Shown: positions 36,820 to 46,162, counted from the first letter of the stretch. The stretch: DNA of 59,665 bases from an uncultured Nitrososphaerota archaeon (GCA_964586135.1 CAZPGS010000002.1:1-59665); one strand, 5' to 3'. The notes: a model not told the origin generated them from the sequence alone. Program-made: numbers and translations.

Positions 36820-37860
36820 GTGGACGAAGTGAGGAAAATGGACGGCGAGGTCCTGCTAGCCCACGGCGCTGGCGGAACATTAATGGTCGAGCTCATCAAA
36901 GACATTATCTTGAAGAGCATAAGTCGGAGAAGTGTACTTAATGGTATCGGCCTAGACGAAATGGACGATGGAGCCACGATACCCCTTGGCGACTACGAAA
37001 TAGTGTTAAGCATGGACGGGCACACAGTTGATCCCATATTCTTCCCGGGAGGCGATATTGGGAGGTTGGCGGCGGCGGGAACGATAAACGACCTAGCGGT
37101 TATGGGCGCGAGGCCCTTGGCAATTATGGACTCAATAGTGGTCGAAGAGGGCTTCCTCCTAAGCGACTTAGAGAAGATCATAAAGTCAATGAACGAGACC
37201 GTCGAAGAGGTAGGCGCCGCCATAATTCACGGAGATTTCAAGGTCATGCCCAAGGGCAAGATAGACAAAATAGTCATAAGCACCGCGGGCGTAGGGCTAG
37301 CCGAGAGAGGCAAGGTCTTGAAGGATTCAAATCTAAAGCAGGGAGACAAGGTCATAGTGACCGGCTTTGTCGGCGATCACGGCATAGCACTGGCCTCTGT
37401 TAGAGAGGGGATCGAGTTTGAGGCCGATATAAAGTCAGACGTAGCCCCTGTTTGGGACGTTGTCGAGGCAGCCCTGAGAGTCGGAGGGGTCCACGCCGCT
37501 AAAGATCCTACGAGGGGTGGGCTCTCGATGGCTTTGAATGAGATGGCTTCAAAGTCGGGCCTCTCCATATGGATCAAGGAGAAGGACATACCCATAAGGG
37601 AGGAAGTCAAGGCTGCTTCTGAGGTGCTAGGACTAAACCCTCTCGAGGTCACGTGCGAGGGCATTGCGGTGCTTATAGTTGAGGGCTCTGTAGCTGAAGA
37701 GGTTCTAGAGGCCATAAAAAAGACGAAGCATGGAAAGCATGCTTCTATTATAGGCGAGGTTAAGAAAGAGCCCATGCGCAAGGTCGTGCTCGAAACCGTT
37801 GTGGGCGGCAAAAAGCTATTAGAACCCCCTCTTGGAGAACCGACGCCTAGAGTGTGTTGA
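36820..37860 (+). CDS. hypE: hydrogenase maturation protein HypE
   Basis: 346 aa with an AIR-synthase-like fold (LLAHGAGG, MDGHTVDPIFFPGGDIG). The diagnostic C-terminal ...PTPRVC ends in Cys, like the HypE PRIC motif. Confidence 0.85.
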   Translation: MDEVRKMDGEVLLAHGAGGTLMVELIKDIILKSISRRSVLNGIGLDEMDDGATIPLGDYEIVLSMDGHTVDPIFFPGGDIGRLAAAGTINDLAVMGARPLAIMDSIVVEEGFLLSDLEKIIKSMNETVEEVGAAIIHGDFKVMPKGKIDKIVISTAGVGLAERGKVLKDSNLKQGDKVIVTGFVGDHGIALASVREGIEFEADIKSDVAPVWDVVEAALRVGGVHAAKDPTRGGLSMALNEMASKSGLSIWIKEKDIPIREEVKAASEVLGLNPLEVTCEGIAVLIVEGSVAEEVLEAIKKTKHGKHASIIGEVKKEPMRKVVLETVVGGKKLLEPPLGEPTPRVC

Positions 37861-37863
37861 GGA

Positions 37864-38946
37864 GTGGGGACGAGCAAGACCCCAAGAATAATAATCGACT
37901 CGAGGGTCAAGAAGCTGAAAGAGTCCATGGCTAGGCTAGGCGCTAAAAGCCTCTTGATCTCTCAGCCAGAGAACGTGCAATACGTGACTGGCTTCAAGGC
38001 CGTCGGCAATCCACCTAAAAGCTCTTGGGCACTTATCCTCAGTGATTACGAGGAGGTCTACCTCTTAGTCCCAGCTTTGGAGTACTACGAGGCCGAAGAA
38101 GAAGTCGAAGCAGCAAAAGTCGTCAAGCTCACCAGAGACAAAAACATGGCTGAGGGCCTCCTTGACTTCCTAGCAGAGGTGAGGGCTCCGGGGCCCATTT
38201 ACACGGACTGCTTACAGGACCGTGACCTGATGGAGGCGCTTAAGAAGAAGTTTGGAAGGCCAGGGTCTATGCGAACAGTCCTAGAGAACATGAGGGCCAA
38301 GAAAGACGAATACGAGGTCTCGTGCATAAAGGAGGCCGTAAGAAAAGCCCTGAAGGGTCTAGAGAGAGCACAAGAAGTTCTACGCGAGGGTATGAAAGAG
38401 ACACAATTCATGGCGGAGATAGAGAAAGCGCTGTGGGAGGAGGATATAGAGGGCTTAGCATTTGACACTATCGTGGCCTCAGGTCCGAGGTCTTCGTATC
38501 CTCACGCTAAGCCAACAGCAAAGCGCATAGAGAGGGGAGATAGCGTCGTGATAGACGTAGGAGTAAGGGTTCAAGGTTATTGCTCAGATATCACAAGGAC
38601 GTTTATCGTGGGAGGCAATCAAGAAGCAGAAAGAGCCTTAGAACGCGTGATCAACATACAAAATTCTGTGGCTTTAGACGTAAAAAACGGAGTTAGGGCT
38701 TCTGACCTTAACGCTAAGGCCAAGAAGCTCTTAGAGGAGTTGCATGAATACTTCCTACACGGCCTAGGTCACGGCTTAGGTCTCTCAGTCCATGAGAAGC
38801 CTGCTATATCTTCTTTAAGCGAAGATATATTAGAAAGTGGGAACGTCGTAACCCTAGAGCCCGGCGTGTACGTCAAAGGAAGGTTTGGGGTAAGACACGA
38901 AGACGTGTTCTTAGTTAAAGAAAGCGGTTGCGTGAAGTTGTCATGA
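37864..38946 (+). CDS. pepQ: Xaa-Pro dipeptidase / M24B metallopeptidase
   Basis: 360 aa. Creatinase-like N-domain and pita-bread motifs VVIDVGVRVQGYCSDITRT, HGLGHGLGLSVHE and TLEPGVY. Confidence 0.9.
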   Translation: MGTSKTPRIIIDSRVKKLKESMARLGAKSLLISQPENVQYVTGFKAVGNPPKSSWALILSDYEEVYLLVPALEYYEAEEEVEAAKVVKLTRDKNMAEGLLDFLAEVRAPGPIYTDCLQDRDLMEALKKKFGRPGSMRTVLENMRAKKDEYEVSCIKEAVRKALKGLERAQEVLREGMKETQFMAEIEKALWEEDIEGLAFDTIVASGPRSSYPHAKPTAKRIERGDSVVIDVGVRVQGYCSDITRTFIVGGNQEAERALERVINIQNSVALDVKNGVRASDLNAKAKKLLEELHEYFLHGLGHGLGLSVHEKPAISSLSEDILESGNVVTLEPGVYVKGRFGVRHEDVFLVKESGCVKLS

Positions 38947-38959
38947 AGGTGAAAAACAC

Positions 38960-40537
38960 ATGAGGTTTCACTTAAAGGGCTACATAGTCTTGAGCAAGCA
39001 ACTCGATGAAGAAGTCGTCAAGAGGCTTTTAGAGCTGATAAATGAAGCGAATAGGGTTTTGCTCATTAAGGGTGTGCCTAAGAACAAGGAGAGCGAGGCA
39101 GCTAAGGTGGTCAATTGGTCGGTGAGCGGTGAGAGAGTCCACGTAGAGATCGAGTCTGGCAAGTACGTTAGAGCTCATGACGCGTTATTTAGACTGAAGA
39201 ACTACTTAGGCTCAGCGTTAGGAAAAGAGTTTAGAATAGGCATAAGGGGTTTCGGCGCATTGGCTTACGAAATAGAGGTGCCCCACTTTAAGGGCGACGT
39301 CCAAGAAGTCTTGAAGCTCATAGGCGACAAGGGCTCAGCAGAGAGAACTGGCGAAGGCCTTCTGATAAGGCTCGGAGAGCTGAGCGAGGAGGACCTCGAA
39401 GCGAGGCTTGTCGATAGGCTCGTGAAAAGGGTGTTGGAGGGCGCCATCGAGGTTCCAGCGGAAGAGGCAAAGCTAGTCCCCTTCGGCTTCGTGCTTGAGC
39501 AGTCGAGGCCTAAAGACGTAAGGATGAAGGTCGAGGTCGCTGCAGAAGCTGAGAAGCTGGGATGGATCAAGAGGTTCCCAGCGAAGGGGCAATGGATTTT
39601 CACGGCCCCCATGGTTGGCCTCTTGAAAATTATGAGGGACCTGATAATAGAACACGTCTGCAGACCTCTAAACTTTGAGGAGTGGATGTTTCCCAGGCTC
39701 ATACCAATGAGCGTGCTAGTGAGGCTCTCGAGCTACGTCGAGCACCTTCCAGAAGGCATGTTTTATGTATGCGTGCCACCTAGAGACCCCTCAGCCTTCG
39801 ACCAATACAAGAGGGAGTATGCCCTCAAGAGGGTTATACGTAAGGATTTGCTAAAAGAAATATTGGGCGAGCCCGAGTACGTCCTCGACGCAGTCCAGTG
39901 CCCACCTTTTTACCAATTCTTCAGCGAAGAAACCGTTAGGCCAGAAGACCTTCCCATAAAGGTCTACGAATGCATGGGCGGATGGACGTGGAGGAATGAG
40001 GCTGGTGGGGTCGAGGGACTGGCTAGGACCAACGAGTTCTGGCGCATGGAAATGGTTTACCTAGGTTTTCCAAGCGACGTCGTCAAGATAAGGGACGAGG
40101 TCGTTTCGAGGACCGTAGAACTGGTCGATAAAGTCTTGGACCTTGAATGGAGGGTTGTCGTGGGAGCCCCTTTCTACTTATCGAGCGAGGAGGCCAGCAA
40201 GAGGAGAATCGACATTTCCTCTAGGGAGAAGATACCTACTTTAGATATAGAGTGCTACCTGCCTTACAGAGGGGGAAGAGATGAGGCTGAGTGGTTAGAG
40301 ATAACAGCAGCAAGTGTGCACTACACTCACTACGTCTCGGCCTTTAAAATAAAGGATGTCAGGAATCGAGAGATATGGACTGGTTGCGTGGGCCACGGCT
40401 TGACGAGGTGGGCCACGGCCTTTCTAGCTCGGCACGGCTTTGATCCAGACAATTGGCCAAGTAAAGTTAAGGAGCTCTACGAGAAGTATGGTCCTTATAG
40501 GGTTGTCAGGACGTTGGAGTGGCCCTCGAACAGATAG
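38960..40537 (+). CDS. class II aminoacyl-tRNA synthetase-like protein, closest by pattern to methanogen-type (type-2) seryl-tRNA synthetase
   Basis: 525 aa with a roughly 200-aa N-terminal domain and a class II core: FPRLIP (motif 1 region), WTWRNEAGGVEGLARTNEFWRMEMVYLG (motif 2-like), and TGCVGHGLTRWATAFLARHGFDPDNWP (motif 3-like). Cys/Glu/Cys residues (AVQCPPFY, WRNE, TGCVG) sit where the zinc ligands of type-2 SerRS are expected. The assignment is from memory, not a search. Confidence 0.55.
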   Translation: MRFHLKGYIVLSKQLDEEVVKRLLELINEANRVLLIKGVPKNKESEAAKVVNWSVSGERVHVEIESGKYVRAHDALFRLKNYLGSALGKEFRIGIRGFGALAYEIEVPHFKGDVQEVLKLIGDKGSAERTGEGLLIRLGELSEEDLEARLVDRLVKRVLEGAIEVPAEEAKLVPFGFVLEQSRPKDVRMKVEVAAEAEKLGWIKRFPAKGQWIFTAPMVGLLKIMRDLIIEHVCRPLNFEEWMFPRLIPMSVLVRLSSYVEHLPEGMFYVCVPPRDPSAFDQYKREYALKRVIRKDLLKEILGEPEYVLDAVQCPPFYQFFSEETVRPEDLPIKVYECMGGWTWRNEAGGVEGLARTNEFWRMEMVYLGFPSDVVKIRDEVVSRTVELVDKVLDLEWRVVVGAPFYLSSEEASKRRIDISSREKIPTLDIECYLPYRGGRDEAEWLEITAASVHYTHYVSAFKIKDVRNREIWTGCVGHGLTRWATAFLARHGFDPDNWPSKVKELYEKYGPYRVVRTLEWPSNR

Positions 40538-40613
40538 CCTGAATCGCTAAGAAGCATTATGTCGCGCGTTTATAGCAAATGACGACCGCTAGAGCTAATG
40601 GTTAAGAATAAGG

Positions 40614-40677
40614 GGCGTCAGTCCGCCCATCACACGTCATCGCTCATTGCTCTTAGACCGTCATCTCTTCATCCGCC
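40614..40677 (-). ncRNA. candidate C/D box sRNA
   Basis: Minus-strand RNA is GGCG-GAUGAAGA-...-GCGAUGACG-UGUGAUGGGCGGA-CUGA-CGCC. It has a terminal 4-bp stem GGCG/CGCC, a C-like box AUGAAGA (one mismatch), a C'-like GAUGA, and a D box CUGA 13 nt after C'. The D' box is poor. It lies in a 250-nt gap with no ORF. Confidence 0.3.
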
Positions 40678-40786
40678 GTGAACTAATCAGCCAGGGAGTT
40701 ATATAGGCTTTTACGTAAGCGCGATCAATAACATTAAATTCTGTGCATAGCCGAGAATAACATAGATGCTATCGCGGTGTTGAAGG

Positions 40787-41557
40787 TTGACAGACGAAGT
40801 AGTCGTGGGGGCGATAGCTGACGTTCACTCACCTAAGTACCTAGAAGACTTCAAGAGGGTGTTGAACAACAGCCCTGACGTTGATCTAATGCTCCTCGCC
40901 GGAGACATGATATACAAAGGTCGGGTCGAGGAGTACGAAAACGTCTTGAGCGCCATAAAGAGTAGGTACGACGGTTGTAAGATGATAGCCTGCTTCGGCA
41001 ACGAAGAGTATGACAACAGGATAGAGCAAATAACAAAAAGCTATAACGATGTTACATGGCTGAATGACGAAAGCGTAACGATAAATATTAAAGGGCTCGA
41101 ACTTAGCATTTTTGGAACTAGGGGCTGTCTCGACAGGCCAACGGCGTGGCAGAGAAAGAACATACACAATATAATTCAGATATATGAGCAAAGGCTTAAG
41201 AGGATCAATGAGGCGCTTGCATCCTTAGCCCTCAAGAAAACGAGCTACGTGATCTTGCTATCGCATTACTCCACCACATTTAAGACGCTTGTTGGAGAAC
41301 CTCAATGGGCTTGGCCCGAGCTAGGATCAAGCAGGCTTGAGGAAGGGATGAAAAGGCATGGCCCGAACTTAGTAATTCACGGGCACGCTCATAACAGCAA
41401 GGTTCACGTAGTCACGATTAATGGGACGCAAGTATACAACGTCTCATTCCCTGCTACTAGGAAGCTAACGATCATCAAGTTACAAGGAGTTAAAGGGGTA
41501 GGTGAAGGCAGGAGTATACAGACGAAGCTGACGTCGTTCATGACAGGTAAGCCTTAA
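40787..41557 (+). CDS. calcineurin-like metallophosphoesterase
   Basis: 256 aa. Motifs are DVHSP, LLAGDMIY, GNEEYD, SHY and HGHAHN. Confidence 0.8.
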   Translation: MTDEVVVGAIADVHSPKYLEDFKRVLNNSPDVDLMLLAGDMIYKGRVEEYENVLSAIKSRYDGCKMIACFGNEEYDNRIEQITKSYNDVTWLNDESVTINIKGLELSIFGTRGCLDRPTAWQRKNIHNIIQIYEQRLKRINEALASLALKKTSYVILLSHYSTTFKTLVGEPQWAWPELGSSRLEEGMKRHGPNLVIHGHAHNSKVHVVTINGTQVYNVSFPATRKLTIIKLQGVKGVGEGRSIQTKLTSFMTGKP

Positions 41558-41587
41558 ATTGAGCCTCCACTTTTCACCAAGTAACAA

Positions 41588-41663
41588 GGGGCCGTAGGCT
41601 AGCCTGGTAGACTGCGAGGCTTGGGCCCTCGTGACCCAGGTTCAAATCCTGGCGGCCCCACCA
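41588..41663 (+). tRNA. tRNA-Pro (anticodon UGG), CCA encoded
   Basis: Acceptor GGGGCCG/CGGCCCC, anticodon arm CGAGG-CUUGGGC-CCUCG (UGG), T-arm CCAGG-UUCAAAU-CCUGG, discriminator A then CCA. The D-stem (GGCU/GACU) is weak. No intron is present. Confidence 0.85.
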
Positions 41664-42238
41664 GCTCATTTAATCCTCGTCATTAGCACTTACCCCTCAG
41701 TAACCCTTTTCTATGATAGTCGAGGTGGATGATGTAGTGAGAATATGCTTGACACACAGTCTTATCGGTTAGGCTTATGGTAAAGCTCCGTAAGTCTATT
41801 ACTCCAGACAACGCCTCGAGTTTTTATTGGAAGGCTGAGCTTCTTGAGGCTTCTTGAGCGTGAGGCAGTAGTCGTGAGTTTTTGCACTCTTGAAGGTCAT
41901 CGATGTGAGGCTCTCTACCCGACCTCTAGGCTGAGGTATATCCCTTATTGCCAACCTTTCGCAGTTTTGAGCTTTGTACTCGAAGGTCTCAGAAATTGCA
42001 CAGAACTACCAAAGACCAGCAATGACTATGAGACGGTAACTCAGAAGCGAGCTTGTATCCCTTTGGCAAGTCCTTGAACTCTTTCCACGTGGACCCTCGA
42101 TGAGGTTTGATAGCGTGAGGCACTCAAGTCAAACATCTTCACAGCTTCCTGTCGCTTATCCTCTTGGGTCTTACTTGAAGCATGAGGTCTTACTGAAAGC
42201 CACATTATCGAGGTCGTTGACTTCTCTTCTGAGACACG

Positions 42239-42424
42239 TTAGATCTCTCGAGGCATGCCGACGACCTTTATGTAGACCCTGACCCTCTTATCGTCCTTAG
42301 CAAGTTCCTCCCAAAGCTTGTTCAGCCCTTTTGGCAGGTATACCTTGAACCTCTCGCTTTCTCTCACCACGTTCCTCTCGCCCACATACAACAGCCCCCT
42401 GCCTAAGAGCTCAAGTTCGCTCAT
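42239..42424 (-). CDS. small hypothetical protein, possibly SpoVT/AbrB-like
   Basis: 61 aa. FKVYLPKGLNKLWEELAKDDKRVRVYIKV resembles the swapped-hairpin 'v.IPk.l...l' pattern. It is an isolated ORF in a decayed region downstream of tRNA-Pro. Confidence 0.35.
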   Translation of the reverse strand: MSELELLGRGLLYVGERNVVRESERFKVYLPKGLNKLWEELAKDDKRVRVYIKVVGMPREI

Positions 42425-42987
42425 TAGATCTCTTGCCCCCTATCGAGGAATTAGAAGGTTCTCATATAAACTACTAAAACGTTTTGAGGAACGATTTCTT
42501 TTATTCGTCCCTTACCCTCCTGTTATCTCGTTCTGTAAAAATTTTCAAAACAAGTTCCCTCAAATGCTCAGACTATTCGAAAAATATATCCCCACTTTTT
42601 TGAAAGTAATTTAAACAAGTGTTTAAACGAGAGGCCAGAAACGCGAAACTGTCCTCCGCCCCTGTGCGCACGCGATCAAGAACACAGTGGTGCAAATTCG
42701 TGGGTTCGAAGTTGATTATGCCCTTCTCTCACCCCTCCATCGACTCTAAGCAACTTATTTTGATGGAAGAGCCTTCTCGCCTCATCTCTGAGAAAGTATG
42801 TAAAGCAAATAGGGGTTAATGATTACGAGGGCCACGCTAGTTAACGCCATAGAGCCTAAGTGGAGACGTCGCTTAGTGACTTCGTATGACCTCAGAGGGC
42901 TTGGGGATTTGTAGTGATCAATTTCTAGGCAAGTCTTTTACCCTCATAATCTTAGAAGGCTCGGGCACTCGTTTATCGGCTCCTGCG

Positions 42988-44067
42988 CTAGTGGCTTGGT
43001 ATGACGCCTAAGTTCTTCAGAAAACGCACATAGCAGTCTATAGCCTCTCCGGAGAACTTAAACTCCTCCATGCACTCCTTCACGCGCTTTATCATCTCCT
43101 TGGCCTTCTTATGGAGGAACTTCTCATCGCGATAAGCCTCCCTCACCTTCTCCTCTGACTTCCTCTTTAGCAAAGCGACTTCCTCAATAGTGAAGTTATA
43201 TTCGTCAATTAGCCTCCTGACAGAGGTTCTCGATAACCTCTTCAGCTTCTCATAAGCTAGGTCAAATTTCTTCTTTGAACTAATTCTATGCTTCAAGCCT
43301 ATGCAAGCTCTTATCGCTTGCTCTACTACGTCTAAGTCAAGGCCTTGAAACTCAGGCAATTCTGCTATTTTTGAGAGGAGCCTCGCGACCTTCTTGCTCC
43401 AATTCCAAGCTCTCCTTATCGCCTTGAGCCTCTCTTGCCTCCTCTCTTCTACTAGCCTCTCTAAGTCTTTCGACCTTGGTGCGAGATAACTTGGAAGGCC
43501 TCCTTCTTCCAGCTCCTCCAATACCTCCCTAATGGCCTTCACGGCAAAGCTTGGATGTATTCCTCCATCAACGAGGACTCTATAGCACCTATCCACGAGG
43601 ACTTGCTTAAACCTCCTTGCTCTCTTAGAACCTTTAGTCCTAACCCGACTTTCCAGCTTCAGCTCTCTGAGCACATACCTTAGAGCCGAGGCCAGGAAGG
43701 GGTAACGCAAAGAAAGCCTTTCAACGAAAGGCTCTGCATTCCTCCATCCCTGAGGCTCGCTGTACTTCCTGGCGAGCCTCCTAACCTCTATCCTATAGTT
43801 ATTAGCGTTGTCTTTCCATGCGAGCTTGGCCCTAAGTCTCTCTTCTTCGCTCTCAGCAACCTTGCGTTGCCTCATTGAGGGCTTGTGGTAAATGGATCTC
43901 TCAAGGCTCGTGAGCAACATCGAGTCTTCAACCACTAAACCGCAATTGGTGCAGACAAGGTAACCACTTTGATCTAGAGCAAGAGGTGATTCGCATTCTG
44001 GACACTTCACGGTTTTTTGGTCGCTGAAGTAACACTTAAACCGTGCGCAAGCAATTTTGCTAATCAA
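42988..44067 (-). CDS. hypothetical protein with N-terminal TFIIB-type zinc ribbon
   Basis: 359 aa. CPECESPLALDQSGYLVCTNCGLVVED matches the TFB/TFIIB ribbon. The remainder is helical, Arg/Lys/Glu-rich, and has no recognisable cyclin-repeat motifs. Confidence 0.6.
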   Translation of the reverse strand: MISKIACARFKCYFSDQKTVKCPECESPLALDQSGYLVCTNCGLVVEDSMLLTSLERSIYHKPSMRQRKVAESEEERLRAKLAWKDNANNYRIEVRRLARKYSEPQGWRNAEPFVERLSLRYPFLASALRYVLRELKLESRVRTKGSKRARRFKQVLVDRCYRVLVDGGIHPSFAVKAIREVLEELEEGGLPSYLAPRSKDLERLVEERRQERLKAIRRAWNWSKKVARLLSKIAELPEFQGLDLDVVEQAIRACIGLKHRISSKKKFDLAYEKLKRLSRTSVRRLIDEYNFTIEEVALLKRKSEEKVREAYRDEKFLHKKAKEMIKRVKECMEEFKFSGEAIDCYVRFLKNLGVIPSH

Positions 44068-44299
44068 AGCTGCTTTTCATATCTAATTATCAGACTAACT
44101 TATTGAGCCTGCGAGCTTGAGGCCCCTATCATATTACATAGGGCCTCCTTCGCTTTCTACATCACATTCTTGTCTACAAACCCCTGATGTCACTTTACTT
44201 GCAAATTTGTTTATCAGACTCGCAAGTCCCACGTCGCATATACATTGCCTGCTCATGATTGCCATCAGCTTGCCCCTCTCTTGAAAACAAGTTGTAAGC

Positions 44300-44460
44300 A
44301 CAATTTCATAACTCTTTTTGTAGAGTTATATTATAAATTGTACTTAATTAAGCTTATAGTACTATAGTGTATAATAATCAAATTACTATAGTCTAGACAA
44401 AACTTCATATTATATTGGTTCTACATAAGACATGTACTAAACTCTTTTGGAGATTCGATA
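44300..44460. repeat. extremely AT-rich tract with short palindromes and repeats
   Basis: ACTATAGT occurs at 44361..44368 and 44385..44392. The inverted repeat ATAACTCT/AGAGTTAT lies around 44310..44330. TTATCAGACT is repeated at 44087..44096 and 44211..44220 just upstream. There is no ORF. Confidence 0.6.
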
Positions 44461-44853
44461 CTCGATTAAACGATTAGTTGTTGTCGATCACTGGCTCAAG
44501 ACCTCTCACGCTAACGTTCCCACAAGCTTCGAGCCCCTTCGTCTTAAACCCTACAAAAGTTGCATGGGGTAGAGGGCTGATATCAGCGTCAAGGGGGCTT
44601 GAAAATGCACGATAAGCTACCGATGAAAGCTGTCAACTAAACGTCCAAAAAACGCTTAATCATAGGCGCTACGACGTCGATGGTCACACGCGTTACTGCC
44701 CTTCTCTTCAACGTCCAAGCTCGTTATAACACATCAGAGCGCTAGAGGCGCTGGCCACGAGCCATATAATAAAATCCGCTTTAACTCTAAGAGAACACCT
44801 ATCTTTCTAGGCAAAGACTAGATCACGTGTAGGGCCGACCGCGCTAAAGACGA

Positions 44854-46062
44854 TCAGCGCGCTCCCTTCCGCTTCTTGTCAGCTCCTATAAGAGCTGAGA
44901 GTGTGAAAGGGCGGGCAGAATCGTGAACTTCACGTCGAGCTAAGCTTAGAGGAAAGCGTAAAGCTAATGCAAGTGACTTCAAGAACCCTCTAAGCTTCTT
45001 CATCCCTTTATACGGCTTGTTCTTCCCCGCTTTCGGATAATAAGCATATATTACGATGTCTATCTTATCGTTCGTTATTTCATGAATTAAATCCGTTAAC
45101 ATACAACATAACCTCTTGACCCCCTCCTCCGCGCAAAGCCCTGTCCTTTCTTGGAGGCGCGCTAACGCCGATTTGATGCTTGTCCAACGCGAGCGCTTTT
45201 CGGCCTTCCTCAATTCTCTCTCGAACCACATCGCGTCCCTCTCTATCAGGTCCGCTATGCTCATCGGTGACTTGGAAGCGACCTTCAATACCTTCATCAC
45301 CCTATCTTCCTCCTCCCTCCTCACCTCCATGTTGAAGGACGTCGTGGCGATCTTAGTAACAGGCTCTGGCTGTAGACTAGATGAGCTGAAGCCTGGATCA
45401 GCCTTGAAGCTAAGGCTTAAAGAACTTGGCGTCCTTACGGAGGCTAAGAACTTGTGCCTAGTATACATATAGTAAGCTGAGAGAGCGAAAGGTGCTATTG
45501 CTGGTATTAGCGAAGGTAATAAAAGGAGAAAGGCCTTGAGCTCGACCCCCGCCCTTTCCTTGATCTTAATGGGCTCTCCCTGCCAGTCAATGAGCTCTCT
45601 GAGCTCTTGAGAACCCTTTACGTAGACCTCTACGTGACCGTAAGGTAAGAGGCCGCAGTTTACCAACCCGCCTTCGCTTATCCCCTCGAAGACCAAGCCC
45701 GTCGAGAGGTGAGTCACTTTGTAATAAAGGCCCTTCGGGACTTCGAGAATTAGGTGACCGAGTGCCACCTTGGCCTCATATGTGGTGTTATCCTTAATGT
45801 TGTTGAGGCTATAGAGTTCCACCCCCTTGTATGTTATAGTCAAAAAGGACCGGTCCTCAATTATCGCGTGAGTCTCGTTGTAGAGCCTAGCGCCCACGAA
45901 CTCGACCTTGCTCGTGACGACGTTGTCCTCTTGGTCGTAGACTACTATGAAGCTCTCCGCGTTAGCAGTCGAGGGCATGAGGAGCGGTACCACCAGCGCT
46001 GTCAGTAAGAGCGCTGTCAGTAACGCTCTCGTGACTTTTGTGATTAGCCACTTGGCCGTCAT
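44854..46062 (-). CDS. hypothetical single-pass membrane protein (signal peptide, extracellular domain, TM, cytoplasmic basic domain)
   Basis: 402 aa. The N-terminal signal is LLTALLLTALVVPLLMPSTANA, the central TM is FLLLLPSLIPAIAPFALSAYYMY, and the C-terminal half is charged. Composition resembles the housekeeping block, not the GC-rich block next to it. Confidence 0.6.
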   Translation of the reverse strand: MTAKWLITKVTRALLTALLLTALVVPLLMPSTANAESFIVVYDQEDNVVTSKVEFVGARLYNETHAIIEDRSFLTITYKGVELYSLNNIKDNTTYEAKVALGHLILEVPKGLYYKVTHLSTGLVFEGISEGGLVNCGLLPYGHVEVYVKGSQELRELIDWQGEPIKIKERAGVELKAFLLLLPSLIPAIAPFALSAYYMYTRHKFLASVRTPSSLSLSFKADPGFSSSSLQPEPVTKIATTSFNMEVRREEEDRVMKVLKVASKSPMSIADLIERDAMWFERELRKAEKRSRWTSIKSALARLQERTGLCAEEGVKRLCCMLTDLIHEITNDKIDIVIYAYYPKAGKNKPYKGMKKLRGFLKSLALALRFPLSLARREVHDSARPFTLSALIGADKKRKGAR

Positions 46063-46162
46063 CCGTGGAACCCCTTAAAGCTGTTAGCCCTCCTTAAAGA
46101 CGCCTAAAAAGATGCACGGTTCCTCTCATCCCCCGACGTCTAAGTGCCGATTGGTTGAGTGG

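Noticed and set aside
37377-37928. 183-aa minus-strand ORF across the hypE/pepQ junction, plus other antisense ORFs in the housekeeping genes (for example 2311..2700, 2899..3204, 15013..15327, 39265..39702)
   Set aside because: Each lies opposite or out of frame to a gene with strong family motifs. The translations are Ser/Thr/Pro-rich and have no start or promoter context.
41664-42238. An integrase gene or split int(N)/int(C) fragment next to tRNA-Pro
   Set aside because: I translated both strands by hand. Every frame is broken every 10-45 codons, and no tyrosine-recombinase R..HxxR..Y pattern was recognisable. No direct repeat of the tRNA 3' end was found.
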